Assembly: GCA_019244185.1 (NCBI GenBank)
Contig: JAFATB010000011.1
Location: 32,001 to 96,000 of the forward strand
Reading direction: 5' to 3'
From: Acidobacteriota bacterium
GTDB lineage: Bacteria > Acidobacteriota > Thermoanaerobaculia > Gp7-AA8
DNA: 64,000 nucleotides
Below are positions 40,814 to 49,057 of this stretch, in pieces. Under the pieces are notes generated by a model. The model made no database searches. It worked only from the letters and a program-made list of their open reading frames with translations, and had not been told where the DNA came from. Numbering within the stretch: the first letter of the stretch is position 1; each line of letters opens with the position of its first letter. Both the position numbers and the translations under genes were made by a program.

Positions 40814-41538
40814 CCTGCCCGCACGCGAACGCGGCACCGAGCGCCACCACCGACGATCTCTACACCGCCTCCCAAGTCGAACGGCTCCTGGATCCGAGCC
40901 ATCCGCTTGCGCAGACGCTGGCTTGGGTGCGGCGCTTTCTCGCCAAGCCGAATCAGGAGCTCGGACGCCCCGGCGCCGTCTGTCCGTTCGTGCCGGGCGC
41001 GCTCGCACAGGACACGATCTGGCTGACGCTCGCGCCGCACACGCAGGCGCAGCGCAACGAGATCGTCGCCACCGTCGCGCGCTTCCGCGACCGCTTTCTC
41101 ACGCTCGATCCGAAAGACGGCGAAGACTCGATGAGCAAAGCGATCCTCATCGTCTTCCCGTATCTCACGTCCGCGGACGCGGGCCTCATCGACGACGTGC
41201 AGCTCGACCTGAAGCCGTCGTTCGTCGAGCACGGGATGATGCTCGGCGAGTTCCACGAGCGGAACGAGAGCCCCGGTCTGCGCAACCCGCAGTTCCGGCC
41301 GCTGCGCAGTCCCATTCCGATGCTCGCCATCCGCTACATGGTCGACTCCGATTTGCCGTTTCTGCATCGCTCGATTTACAACCCCGCGCTGCGCGCCGAT
41401 TTCATCCGCTCGTATCTGCGCCGCCTCGGCACGCGCGTCAGCCGCAACACGTTCGACGCGGCGGTCTCCGCGCTCGTCGCCGCCGAGATCGAGCAGCTCG
41501 ACGCCGTGAAGATCGTCGAGCTGATCATGACCCGCTGA
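40810..41538 (+). CDS. DUF6875-like protein of unknown function
   Basis: ELGRPGAVCPFVP, MLGEFH, GLRNPQFRPLRSPIPMLAIRYMV.SD.PF motifs, recognised from memory of the family. Confidence 0.65.
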   Translation: MTCPHANAAPSATTDDLYTASQVERLLDPSHPLAQTLAWVRRFLAKPNQELGRPGAVCPFVPGALAQDTIWLTLAPHTQAQRNEIVATVARFRDRFLTLDPKDGEDSMSKAILIVFPYLTSADAGLIDDVQLDLKPSFVEHGMMLGEFHERNESPGLRNPQFRPLRSPIPMLAIRYMVDSDLPFLHRSIYNPALRADFIRSYLRRLGTRVSRNTFDAAVSALVAAEIEQLDAVKIVELIMTR

Positions 41539-41546
41539 GGACCGCG

Positions 41547-42881
41547 ATGACGACGATGCAATCGCAGGAACATGTGGTGATCCTCGGCGGCGGACTGGCC
41601 GGCTCGCTCTTCGCGCTCTATCTCGCCCGCCGCGGCGCACGCGTCGATGTCTACGAACGCCGCGCCGATCCGCGCAAGCTCGGCGTGACGAAAGGCGGAC
41701 GCTCGATCAACCTCGGCCTCTCGAAACGCGGCATCACCTCGCTCGCCGAAGTCGGCTTGCGCGACGAAGTGCTCGCCACCGCCGTCGCCATGGAAGGGCG
41801 CGTCATTCACGATCTCGACGGCGCGCAACACTTTCAGCCGTACGGCAAGAACCGGCAGGAAGTGCTGCATTCGATCGACCGCAACGAGTTGAACGAGATC
41901 CTGCTCGATCGCGCCGAAGAGCATCCGAACGTCGCGCTGCACTTCGAGCATCGCTGCGTCGCCATCGATCACGCCACGCGCGAAGTCTCGATCGAGAAGC
42001 CCGGCGGCACGATCGAGCGTCTCCGCGCCGACTGGTTTCTCGGCGCCGACGGCGCGTTCTCGAAAGTGCGCGAGGAGATGCAGCGCGGCCTGCGCGCGAA
42101 CTACAGCCGCGAGTTTCTCGAATGGGGATACAAGGAGCTCACGCTCCCCGCGAATGCCGACGGCTCGTCGCAGCTGAAGCTCAACGCGCTGCACGTCTGG
42201 CCGCGCGGCCACTGCCTCATCGTCTCGCACGCGAACCGCAATGGCTCGCACACGCTCACGCTCTTCCTGCCGTTCGAAGGTCCGGACAGCTTCGAGCACA
42301 TCCACGGCCGCGCCGACATCGAGCGGTTGTTCCGCAAGTTCTTCCCCGATCTCGCGCCGTTGTTGCCGGACCTCTGCGACGAATGGGAGCGCCATCCGAC
42401 CGGCACGCTCGTCACGACCAAGACCGCGCCGTGGCATCTCGATGACTGGCTCGTGCTCGTCGGCGACGCCTGTCACGCGGTGTATCCGTTCTACGGACAA
42501 GGCATGAACTCCGCGTTCGAAGATTGCGCCGCGCTCTCGCGCGCGCTCGCGCAGCACGCCGATCGCGCGACCGCGTTCCGCGAATACGAGCGCTCGCGCA
42601 AGCCGCACACCGACACACTCGCGGAATTGTCGAAAGCGAACTTCGTCGAGCTGCGGCAGAAAGTCGCGTCGCCGCTGTTCCTGCTGCGCAAGCGGCTCGA
42701 CGTCTTTCTCAATCGATTGGCGCCCGAGGGATGGCTGCCGCTGTACACGATGATCGCGCATACGACGATTCCATACGGCGACGCGCTCGTACGCGCGCGC
42801 AAGCAGGATCGCGTGCTGCTCGCCGTCGCGACCACGGCGGCCGCGATCGCGGTGCTCGGCGCGGCGCTGCTCGTGCGCTAA
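41547..42881 (+). CDS. kmo: Kynurenine 3-monooxygenase-like FAD-dependent monooxygenase
   Basis: GGGLAG, GRSINLGLS.RG, GRVIH, QPYG, GADGAFS.VR, YKEL, LHVWPRG, GDACHAVYPFYGQGMN.AFED, N.VELR, PLYTM; start ATG 41547. Confidence 0.8.
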   Translation: MTTMQSQEHVVILGGGLAGSLFALYLARRGARVDVYERRADPRKLGVTKGGRSINLGLSKRGITSLAEVGLRDEVLATAVAMEGRVIHDLDGAQHFQPYGKNRQEVLHSIDRNELNEILLDRAEEHPNVALHFEHRCVAIDHATREVSIEKPGGTIERLRADWFLGADGAFSKVREEMQRGLRANYSREFLEWGYKELTLPANADGSSQLKLNALHVWPRGHCLIVSHANRNGSHTLTLFLPFEGPDSFEHIHGRADIERLFRKFFPDLAPLLPDLCDEWERHPTGTLVTTKTAPWHLDDWLVLVGDACHAVYPFYGQGMNSAFEDCAALSRALAQHADRATAFREYERSRKPHTDTLAELSKANFVELRQKVASPLFLLRKRLDVFLNRLAPEGWLPLYTMIAHTTIPYGDALVRARKQDRVLLAVATTAAAIAVLGAALLVR

Positions 42882-42885
42882 AACG

Positions 42886-45321
42886 CTACGAGCCCGCGTA
42901 CACGACGAACGTCGCCCAGTAGCGCGGCTGGCGGTAGATCGTCTGCGCGCGCTCGATCTCGAGCTTCGCGATGCGCAGCGCGGACGCGGGATCGCGGCCG
43001 CGATCGAGCTCGTCGTACATGCGGTTCATCAGCTGCGGTGTCGTCCGGTCGTCGACTTCCCACAGCGCGGCGATCACGTTCGACGCACCCGCGCGGAGAA
43101 ATGCCCACGCGAGGCCGACCAGACCTTCGCCGGTGAACGCGCGCGTGCCCGCGCCGTGGCAGCTCGAGATCGTGACGAGCCGCGCGTGCAGCGGCTGCAG
43201 CACGATGTCGCGTGCGAACAGCCGGTAGTGTTTCGTGGCGTCGTTGCCGAGGATGACGGAGGAATCGAGAGGACGCTTGCGCGTCGCCACGCCGTGCGCG
43301 ACGAAGTGCACGAACGCGAATCGTTCCGGCGACGCGCCGCGATACGCGGCCGGCGTCGCCTCGGGTCCCGCGAGCACTTTGCGGTGCGCGGGCGGGAAAT
43401 GCCGCGCGACGTTGTCGAGCTCCGCGCGCGCGAACTGCAGCGGCGGAAACTCGGGCGCGACCTGCGGCGGATTGCCGACGAGCAGCATCGACTTCGCGGA
43501 GTTCGCGGTTTGCGCGCGCGGGAGCAAGCGCAGCGAGCCGGCAGCGACGAGCGTGACGTCTTCGATCCAGTAATGCGGCGCCGGCTTCGGCGCGACGAGC
43601 GTCTCAAAGTTGAGCGCGTGCAGTTTGCCGTCCGCGATGACGATGACGCGCGCGCCGTTGCGCAGCGCGGCCGCGGCGGGTGGGACGAGCAGCGTGAAGA
43701 GGCGCTGCCCTGCATTGCCGCTCAGCTGCAGCGTGCCGCGCGCGCCGAGGAGGTTGCGGCGATACGTTTCGGCCGCGGTGTCGACGGTCGCATCGAGCGG
43801 CGCGACCGTCACGGCGTCCGGCGTCGCGCTCCACACCCACGAACGCTCGGTGCCGATCCAGTAGCTGACGAGCGTCGCGTTCTGCTGCCGTGCGACCGCA
43901 CGCGCGTCGAGCGGCGCGGATGCGCGCGCGTTGCCGAGACCTTCCTCGATCGTCCCGCGGCTCGTCTCCGTTACCGCTAGCGCATCGGCCGCGCGTCCGC
44001 TGCCGGCGAGATAGTCGACGTACGCGTCGAAGATCTCTTTCGATGGGTTGTAGAACGAGAGCCGCAGTTCGGGATCGGTCGTCGCCGCGCGCTGTTTGCG
44101 AATGAGCGCGAGCGCGCGGTCGAACGCCGCGACCGCGTCGCTGGCGCGTTTCGCGCGGCCGTAGGCTTCGCCGAGGCGGCCTTCCGCTTCCCAGCGCGTC
44201 CGCACGTCGGTGGCCGTCCCGAGCACCGACTGCAGCACGCGAACGGCGTCGTCGGTCTTGCCCTGCGCGGCGCTGATGCGCGCGTCGAGAATGCGCGAGC
44301 GCAGCTCGGCGTCGGCGGCGTGGTTCGTCTTCTTGATCGCGGTCGCGGCGCTGTTGAAGCGGCGCGCCTCGTCGTACTGCCCGCGGCGGATCGCGATCAC
44401 GGCGAGATTCGCGAGCGCGCTGCCGACGTCGTTCGCGTCCTTCGCGCCGTACGTCACGACGTCGCGGTAGAAGCGCTCGGCGGCAGCGAGATCGTGGCGC
44501 GCGTAGTAAATGTCGCCGAGGAGCACGAGCCAGGCGATGCGGCCGGCGCTGTGGGTGCGCGCGGCGATCGCTTCCGCGCGGACGAGCGGATCGATCGCGC
44601 TCTCATCGTCGCCGACTTCCCAGTACGCCCAGCCGACGTTTCCTTCCGCGCGCTCGAGCACCGACTGCAGATCGAGCTCGGTCGCGATGGCGCGCGCGCG
44701 TTCGCCCGTGGCGATGGCCTCGTTGTAGCGATGCGCGCCGACATACGCCTTCGTGAGATTCGCGAGCGCCTTCGCCTCGGTCACGCGATTGCCCGCTTTG
44801 CGCGCGAGCGTAATGGCGTCGAGCGTGTACGCCTCGGCGCGTTGCGGATGCGCCAGCGCGCGCATCAGCAGGACGTTCGGGACGAGCGCGGGCTGATGCT
44901 TCGTCGCGATCGCGTGCGCGGCGTCGATGAACTGCTCGGTCTCCGGCGACTGATGCGTCTGCGCGATGTACGCGAGCGCGATGAGCCGCCGCACCTCCGC
45001 TTCACTGGTGCGCCAGCGCGGCGGCGGCGGCTTCCTGAGAATCTTGTCCGCCGCCGCGGAATCGCCGGTCTGCATCAGTACTTCGCCGCGCATCACGCGC
45101 AGCGTCCACGCTGCTTCCGAATCGCTCGATGCAAAACGGCGCAGCGCATCGTCGACGATGCGCTGCGCCTGGGGGAGATGACCGCGGTCGAGCTCCGTCC
45201 GCGCCTGTTGCGCGGCGATGCGTTCCGCGTCGGGAACGGCCGGCGCTGCGAAGACCAACAGCAGCAGCGCCGGCGCGAGCCACGCGCGTCGTTCAGATGC
45301 GCGGCGGAATCGTGCTCCCAT
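42886..45321 (-). CDS. TPR-CHAT (caspase-like) protease with N-terminal signal or anchor
   Basis: Start ATG 45321; helical TPR-like repeats; intact dyad HFVAHG and ISSCHG; GEGLVGLAWAFLRAGA.NVIAALWEVDD, PRYWATF. Confidence 0.92.
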   Translation of the reverse strand: MGARFRRASERRAWLAPALLLLVFAAPAVPDAERIAAQQARTELDRGHLPQAQRIVDDALRRFASSDSEAAWTLRVMRGEVLMQTGDSAAADKILRKPPPPRWRTSEAEVRRLIALAYIAQTHQSPETEQFIDAAHAIATKHQPALVPNVLLMRALAHPQRAEAYTLDAITLARKAGNRVTEAKALANLTKAYVGAHRYNEAIATGERARAIATELDLQSVLERAEGNVGWAYWEVGDDESAIDPLVRAEAIAARTHSAGRIAWLVLLGDIYYARHDLAAAERFYRDVVTYGAKDANDVGSALANLAVIAIRRGQYDEARRFNSAATAIKKTNHAADAELRSRILDARISAAQGKTDDAVRVLQSVLGTATDVRTRWEAEGRLGEAYGRAKRASDAVAAFDRALALIRKQRAATTDPELRLSFYNPSKEIFDAYVDYLAGSGRAADALAVTETSRGTIEEGLGNARASAPLDARAVARQQNATLVSYWIGTERSWVWSATPDAVTVAPLDATVDTAAETYRRNLLGARGTLQLSGNAGQRLFTLLVPPAAAALRNGARVIVIADGKLHALNFETLVAPKPAPHYWIEDVTLVAAGSLRLLPRAQTANSAKSMLLVGNPPQVAPEFPPLQFARAELDNVARHFPPAHRKVLAGPEATPAAYRGASPERFAFVHFVAHGVATRKRPLDSSVILGNDATKHYRLFARDIVLQPLHARLVTISSCHGAGTRAFTGEGLVGLAWAFLRAGASNVIAALWEVDDRTTPQLMNRMYDELDRGRDPASALRIAKLEIERAQTIYRQPRYWATFVVYAGS

Positions 45322-46168
45322 TGCCCTCCACGGATCCGCCCGTGAGCGAGCCGCCGCCGCCACCACCCGTCCCGCCGTCCTGCAGAACCAGCGGCATGAA
45401 TGCTTTGGCGACCGGCGCGGCATCGGGCGCCGCCGCGGGCGGGGCGGCGAAGCGCTCGTCGAAGTCGATGCGCACAAGGCTGACGCGGCGGCGTCCCGGT
45501 TTGAACAGGAACTCCGCGAGATTCACGCTGCCGAAATCGGGCACCAGAATGCGGTGGCCGGTGATGGCGATGCTCGTCTGCGCTTTGAGCTTGCCCGCCG
45601 GCGAGAGCGACTTGACCAGCGTGCCGGAGATCGCGGGGCGCGTCTGGCTCTTGAGCGCCTTGGTGAGCGCCGGCGCGGTCCCGTACCCGAAGCGTTTCGC
45701 GAAGTCGGCCGGCGCGGCGGAAAGACGGCGGCGGAAGTCGTCGTACGTCGAGCAGCCGAGCAGATCGAGGTCGAGCTCGGGGACGACCTCGTGGTCGTCG
45801 ATCGACAGCCCGCGATACGACGCGCGGAACTCGAACCGCGAGTCGTCTTCGTGGATGTTGCGGATCGACGTCATCGACGCCTGCATCATGCCCACTTTCA
45901 GGCGGCCGCGCACGGCGAAGTTGCTGATCAGCACATCGACGTACGTCGCGTACGTGCCGGCGGCGATCTTCTGGCCCACCACGCGGCTCTCCGCCTTCGT
46001 AAACGAGACGCCGTGACGGTTGTAATTCGTTTCCTCGGAAAATCCCTCGCCGCCCGTGGGCGCGAGAGCGACGGATGCGAGACTCGGGATGGCGGTCGCC
46101 GTGCTGCCGTTGGTGAGCAGGCCGCCGACACCGATCGCGCTGGCGTTGAACGTGAAGTCGTAGGACAT
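45293..46168 (-). CDS. Beta-rich hypothetical protein (resembles choice-of-anchor P-like proteins)
   Basis: AGAGGAGG RBS; FNASAIGVGG, LAPTGG, VPDFGSVNLAE, Gly-rich linker, ends VEGNGSTIPPRI. Confidence 0.7.
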   Translation of the reverse strand: MSYDFTFNASAIGVGGLLTNGSTATAIPSLASVALAPTGGEGFSEETNYNRHGVSFTKAESRVVGQKIAAGTYATYVDVLISNFAVRGRLKVGMMQASMTSIRNIHEDDSRFEFRASYRGLSIDDHEVVPELDLDLLGCSTYDDFRRRLSAAPADFAKRFGYGTAPALTKALKSQTRPAISGTLVKSLSPAGKLKAQTSIAITGHRILVPDFGSVNLAEFLFKPGRRRVSLVRIDFDERFAAPPAAAPDAAPVAKAFMPLVLQDGGTGGGGGGSLTGGSVEGNGSTIPPRI

Positions 46169-46230
46169 GGTTCCTCCTCTGGACGCCCGGAATGGGCGGG
46201 CGCTCTGCTTCCTCGAACCCTGTACTTCGT

Positions 46231-46884
46231 TTAAGGAACTACGCGGAACGGATAGCTGGTGATCTTCGAGCGGTTGCCGTCCTCGCGGACGCCCTCGATC
46301 ACCAATTCATAGCTGCCGGCCGGCAACGATCCGGGCAGCAATGAAAACGGGTTGTTCGCCTGTTCGGGCGACTTCTCGACCGGCTCGCCGATCGTCGCGC
46401 CGCGCGCGTCGACGGCGTGCAAGATGTACTTCACGAACGACGGATCGGTGGGGATGTCGAAGGGAAGCTGTTCCATCGCTCCCTTCCGCACCGCCGGCAC
46501 GTCGGACGCGCCGCGCGTTCCCGCGCTGAGCGACTTGCCCGCGTCGGCGATGACGAGCCGCGGCGGCGCGCTGCGCAGAACGAGCGGAACGGCGTTCGCC
46601 GCGAGCAGCACCGCGGCCGCGGCGGCGGGAATCCACTGCTTGATGCCGCGGCGCCGCGCGCGGAGGTCGACGACGTTGTCGCGTTGCGGCACCGCGCGCG
46701 CGTCGCGTTCGCCGCGCACGAGCTCGCGTCCGCTCTCCATCATCCGCAGTCCGTCGCGAACATCGTCCGCGCAAACGCGGCAGTCGAAGAAGTGCTGCTC
46801 GAACTCTTCGCTTTCGGAGTCGTGCATCTCGCGGAGGAGGTAGCGTTCCGCGGCCTGGCCGGCGATGGCGTCGTCGTGATTCAT
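46231..46884 (-). CDS. Transmembrane anti-sigma factor (zf-HC2/ZAS)
   Basis: ERYLL...FEQHFFDCRVC; one TM; extracytoplasmic Ig-like domain; ATGA overlap with the sigma gene. Confidence 0.88.
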   Translation of the reverse strand: MNHDDAIAGQAAERYLLREMHDSESEEFEQHFFDCRVCADDVRDGLRMMESGRELVRGERDARAVPQRDNVVDLRARRRGIKQWIPAAAAAVLLAANAVPLVLRSAPPRLVIADAGKSLSAGTRGASDVPAVRKGAMEQLPFDIPTDPSFVKYILHAVDARGATIGEPVEKSPEQANNPFSLLPGSLPAGSYELVIEGVREDGNRSKITSYPFRVVP

Positions 46885-47498
46885 TCTCGTCTCTGGCTGG
46901 ATAGTGACGGATCGGCGCCAAACGTTTCACGAATCTCGCGGCGCCCGCTCTCGCGGCGCAGATATTCGGCGCGGAAGCGATCTTTGGCGCGGTGCAGCAG
47001 GACGCGCAGATAGCCGCGGTCGATGTCGAAACGGCGGCAGATCTCGTCCTTGTCGCTGTCGTCGAGAAAGACGGCGCGCAGGATGTCGGAGTCGCGCGGG
47101 TTGTGCGCCTCGAGCGCCGCGAGGACGCGCTTGACGCGCGCGCTGCTCATGCGGCGATCCTGCTCCTCCTCCAGCGCCGCCGAGCTCGCCGGCTCGTCGC
47201 GGGCGGGCTCGAGCGGCTCGGTCCGCGACTCGCCGCGCCAGTACTCCATCACCACGTGGTTGCAGACGCCGATGACGAATGCCCCGAGCTTGCGGCCGTC
47301 GCGGAGATCGCCCAGCTTGTCGAGGACGCGCACGAAGATTTCCTGGCGGATCTCGTCGATGGCCTGCATCGAGTGCACGCGCCTCCGCAGCGTGAGGAGC
47401 AGCAACTCGCGAAAGTACTCATAGAAATGAGCTTCCGTTTCGCGGTCTCTCTCTCGCAGACGCCGCACATAGTCGTCGTCGAACGCGAAAAGTTCCAT
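46881..47498 (-). CDS. ECF-type RNA polymerase sigma factor
   Basis: FDDDYVRRL, DEIRQEIFVRVL, GAFVIGVCNHV, YLRVLLHRAKDRFR. Confidence 0.88.
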   Translation of the reverse strand: MELFAFDDDYVRRLRERDRETEAHFYEYFRELLLLTLRRRVHSMQAIDEIRQEIFVRVLDKLGDLRDGRKLGAFVIGVCNHVVMEYWRGESRTEPLEPARDEPASSAALEEEQDRRMSSARVKRVLAALEAHNPRDSDILRAVFLDDSDKDEICRRFDIDRGYLRVLLHRAKDRFRAEYLRRESGRREIRETFGADPSLSSQRRE

Positions 47499-47567
47499 GG
47501 GGAGTTACTTGTACTTTACTGCAAATCCGGCCAAACGGAGCGGCGGAAGGACGGCCGGGCGGCCGAT

Positions 47568-48005
47568 TCAGGCCGGCTGGAGACGCAGCAGGATCTGGCG
47601 GATCGCGGCGTGACCGATGGCCACGTCGACGTCGCGCTGCAGCAGCGTGAGGTAGCGATTGGCCTCGCCCGATTCCGTGTCGATCGCCGCGTTGACGCGC
47701 GCGACGATGGCGTCGACGTCGGCGCGCTCGAAGTCGGTGCGCGACATCGAGTCGATGTCGACGATGAGCGTCGTCATCGGCCGCAGCCACTCGAAGAACG
47801 GGTCTTCCTGCAGCAGCTTCAACAGATGCGTCGGCCCCGACACCGGCGCGACGTTCGCCGAGTACTCCGCGCTCGCCGCGTCGATCAGCGCGCGATGCAG
47901 CGGCATGAGCTGCTTCCACAGATCGCGCAGCGCCGCGCGCAGCTCGGCCCGCTGCGGATCGTCCGGCGTGTGCATCGTGCGCGCGTAGATGTCTTCTTTC
48001 TTCAT
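47568..48005 (-). CDS. Conserved-looking hypothetical helical protein
   Basis: LHRALID...Y...GP..LL.LL.EDPFFEWLRPM..LIVDID; typical codon bias. Confidence 0.75.
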   Translation of the reverse strand: MKKEDIYARTMHTPDDPQRAELRAALRDLWKQLMPLHRALIDAASAEYSANVAPVSGPTHLLKLLQEDPFFEWLRPMTTLIVDIDSMSRTDFERADVDAIVARVNAAIDTESGEANRYLTLLQRDVDVAIGHAAIRQILLRLQPA

Positions 48006-48010
48006 CGGGG

Positions 48011-48102
48011 AAAATCACGCCTCCACGGTTGGCTGGGGAAGGGTGGGGTAGGCAGTTAGCCAACCGTAGAGGCCGTGAAAGCTTGCTGCAGCTCCAGGAA
48101 CT
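48011..48102 (-). ncRNA. Candidate sRNA or structured leader (two hairpins, C-rich loop, U-tract)
   Basis: Minus strand: TGCAGTTC-CTG-GAGCTGCA, then a ~20 bp stem closing a CCTACCCCACCCTTCCCC loop, then TTTT; both stems gain G-U pairs on this strand. Confidence 0.4.
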
Positions 48103-48112
48103 GCAAGTCTAC

Positions 48113-48128
48113 AGCAAGTAGTGCACCG
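48113..48128 (-). promoter_or_regulatory. Putative sigma54 -24/-12 promoter
   Basis: Minus strand CGGTGCACTACTTGCT (GG-N10-GC, TTGCT). Confidence 0.4.
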
Positions 48129-48153
48129 GGCAACAGGCTGCAATTCGGCGCGC

Positions 48154-48182
48154 TTGCGGACCTCCGGCGAGGTGACTACAAT
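48154..48182 (+). promoter_or_regulatory. Sigma70 promoter for tRNA-Arg(ACG)
   Basis: TTGCGG-17bp-TACAAT followed by a GC-rich discriminator. Confidence 0.7.
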
Positions 48183-48235
48183 GCGCCGCCGCCCCGGAAT
48201 GAAGACTCCGGTGGTGCGGTTAAGCTTCCGTGCTC

Positions 48236-48312
48236 GCACCCATAGCTCAATTGGATAGAGCATCTGACTACGGATCAGAAGGTTTGAGGTTCGAGTCCTC
48301 ATGGGTGCACCA
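48236..48312 (+). tRNA. tRNA-Arg (anticodon ACG)
   Basis: GCACCCA/TGGGTGC-A-CCA; anticodon arm TCTGA-CTACGGA-TCAGA. Confidence 0.97.
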
Positions 48313-48327
48313 ACCCTGAATCAACTC

Positions 48328-48361
48328 CGACGGCGGGCCGATGCCCGCCGTCGTATTCTTT
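48328..48361 (+). terminator. Intrinsic terminator-like hairpin after tRNA-Arg
   Basis: CGACGGCGGGC-CGAT-GCCCGCCGTCG followed by TATTCTTT. Confidence 0.65.
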
Positions 48362-48366
48362 GACAA

Positions 48367-48861
48367 ATGGATCAGGCGCAGTGGCAGTCCGAGGCGCTTG
48401 CAGAAGCGATGAACGTCGCCTTCGCGCTCGCCGAGGATGCGGCGCGCGATGGTGAGATCCCGGTGGGAGCGGTCGTCGTCGACCGCAACGGCGCGATCGT
48501 CGGACGCGGACGCAACGCGCGTGAGTCGGGCGACCCGCTCGGACACGCGGAGCTGTTCGCGATTCGCGAGGCCGCGCGGTCCATCGGCGACTGGCGGCTC
48601 GAAGGCACGACGATGTGCGTGACGCTCGAGCCGTGCGCGATGTGCGCGGGCGCGCTCGTGAACGCGCGCGTCGCACGGCTCGTCTTCGCGGCGTACGACC
48701 CGAAAGCGGGCTTCTGCGGCTCGCTCGGAAATCTCGTGCAGGACGCCCGCCTCAATCATCGGCTGATGGTCGAAGGCGGTTTCATGGAAGAACGCTCGCG
48801 GCAGTTGCTGCAGCAGTTCTTCCGCGAACTGCGCCAGCGGAATCAGAAGTTGCCTGCGTGA
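48367..48861 (+). CDS. tadA: tRNA adenosine(34) deaminase
   Basis: GEIPVGAVVV, HAE, TLEPCAMCAGA, DPKAG..GS, LNH, FFRELR. Confidence 0.93.
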   Translation: MDQAQWQSEALAEAMNVAFALAEDAARDGEIPVGAVVVDRNGAIVGRGRNARESGDPLGHAELFAIREAARSIGDWRLEGTTMCVTLEPCAMCAGALVNARVARLVFAAYDPKAGFCGSLGNLVQDARLNHRLMVEGGFMEERSRQLLQQFFRELRQRNQKLPA

Positions 48862-48867
48862 TGAAAC

Positions 48868-48957
48868 GGAGAGGTGGCAGAGCGGTTGAATGCGGCGGTC
48901 TCGAAAACCGTTATACCTTCACGGGTATCGAGGGTTCGAATCCCTCCCTCTCCGCCA
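48868..48957 (+). tRNA. tRNA-Ser (anticodon CGA)
   Basis: GGAGAGG/CCTCTCC-G-CCA; loop CTCGAAA; long variable arm. Confidence 0.96.
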
Positions 48958-48973
48958 CCCGGCCCGGCCGGGT

Positions 48974-49035
48974 GCGCTAAGGGCATAGCCCAGCTGCACG
49001 TGCGGCTGCAGCTCGAGGACACGCGGCGCAGGCGG
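48974..49035 (+). repeat. Dispersed ~62 bp repeat, copy 1
   Basis: 31 of the first 36 nt match 63306-63341, including exact TGCACGTGCGGCTGC; also shares CTCGAG and GCAGGCGG. Confidence 0.7.
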
Positions 49036-49057
49036 TTAGCAGCGACGACCGAGATGC

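Noticed and set aside
45293-46168. Bacterial gasdermin next to the CHAT protease
   Set aside because: No N-terminal Cys or recognisable gasdermin pattern; kept only as a functional analogy
48034-48051. G-quadruplex on the + strand (GGGGAAGGGTGGGGTAGG)
   Set aside because: The fourth G-run is only two long; better explained as the complement of the C-rich loop of a minus-strand hairpin
48974-49041. Integron attC site (GCTAA...GTTAGC)
   Set aside because: Ends do not fit RYYYAAC/GTTRRRY, copy 2 lacks them, and there is no integrase or cassette array
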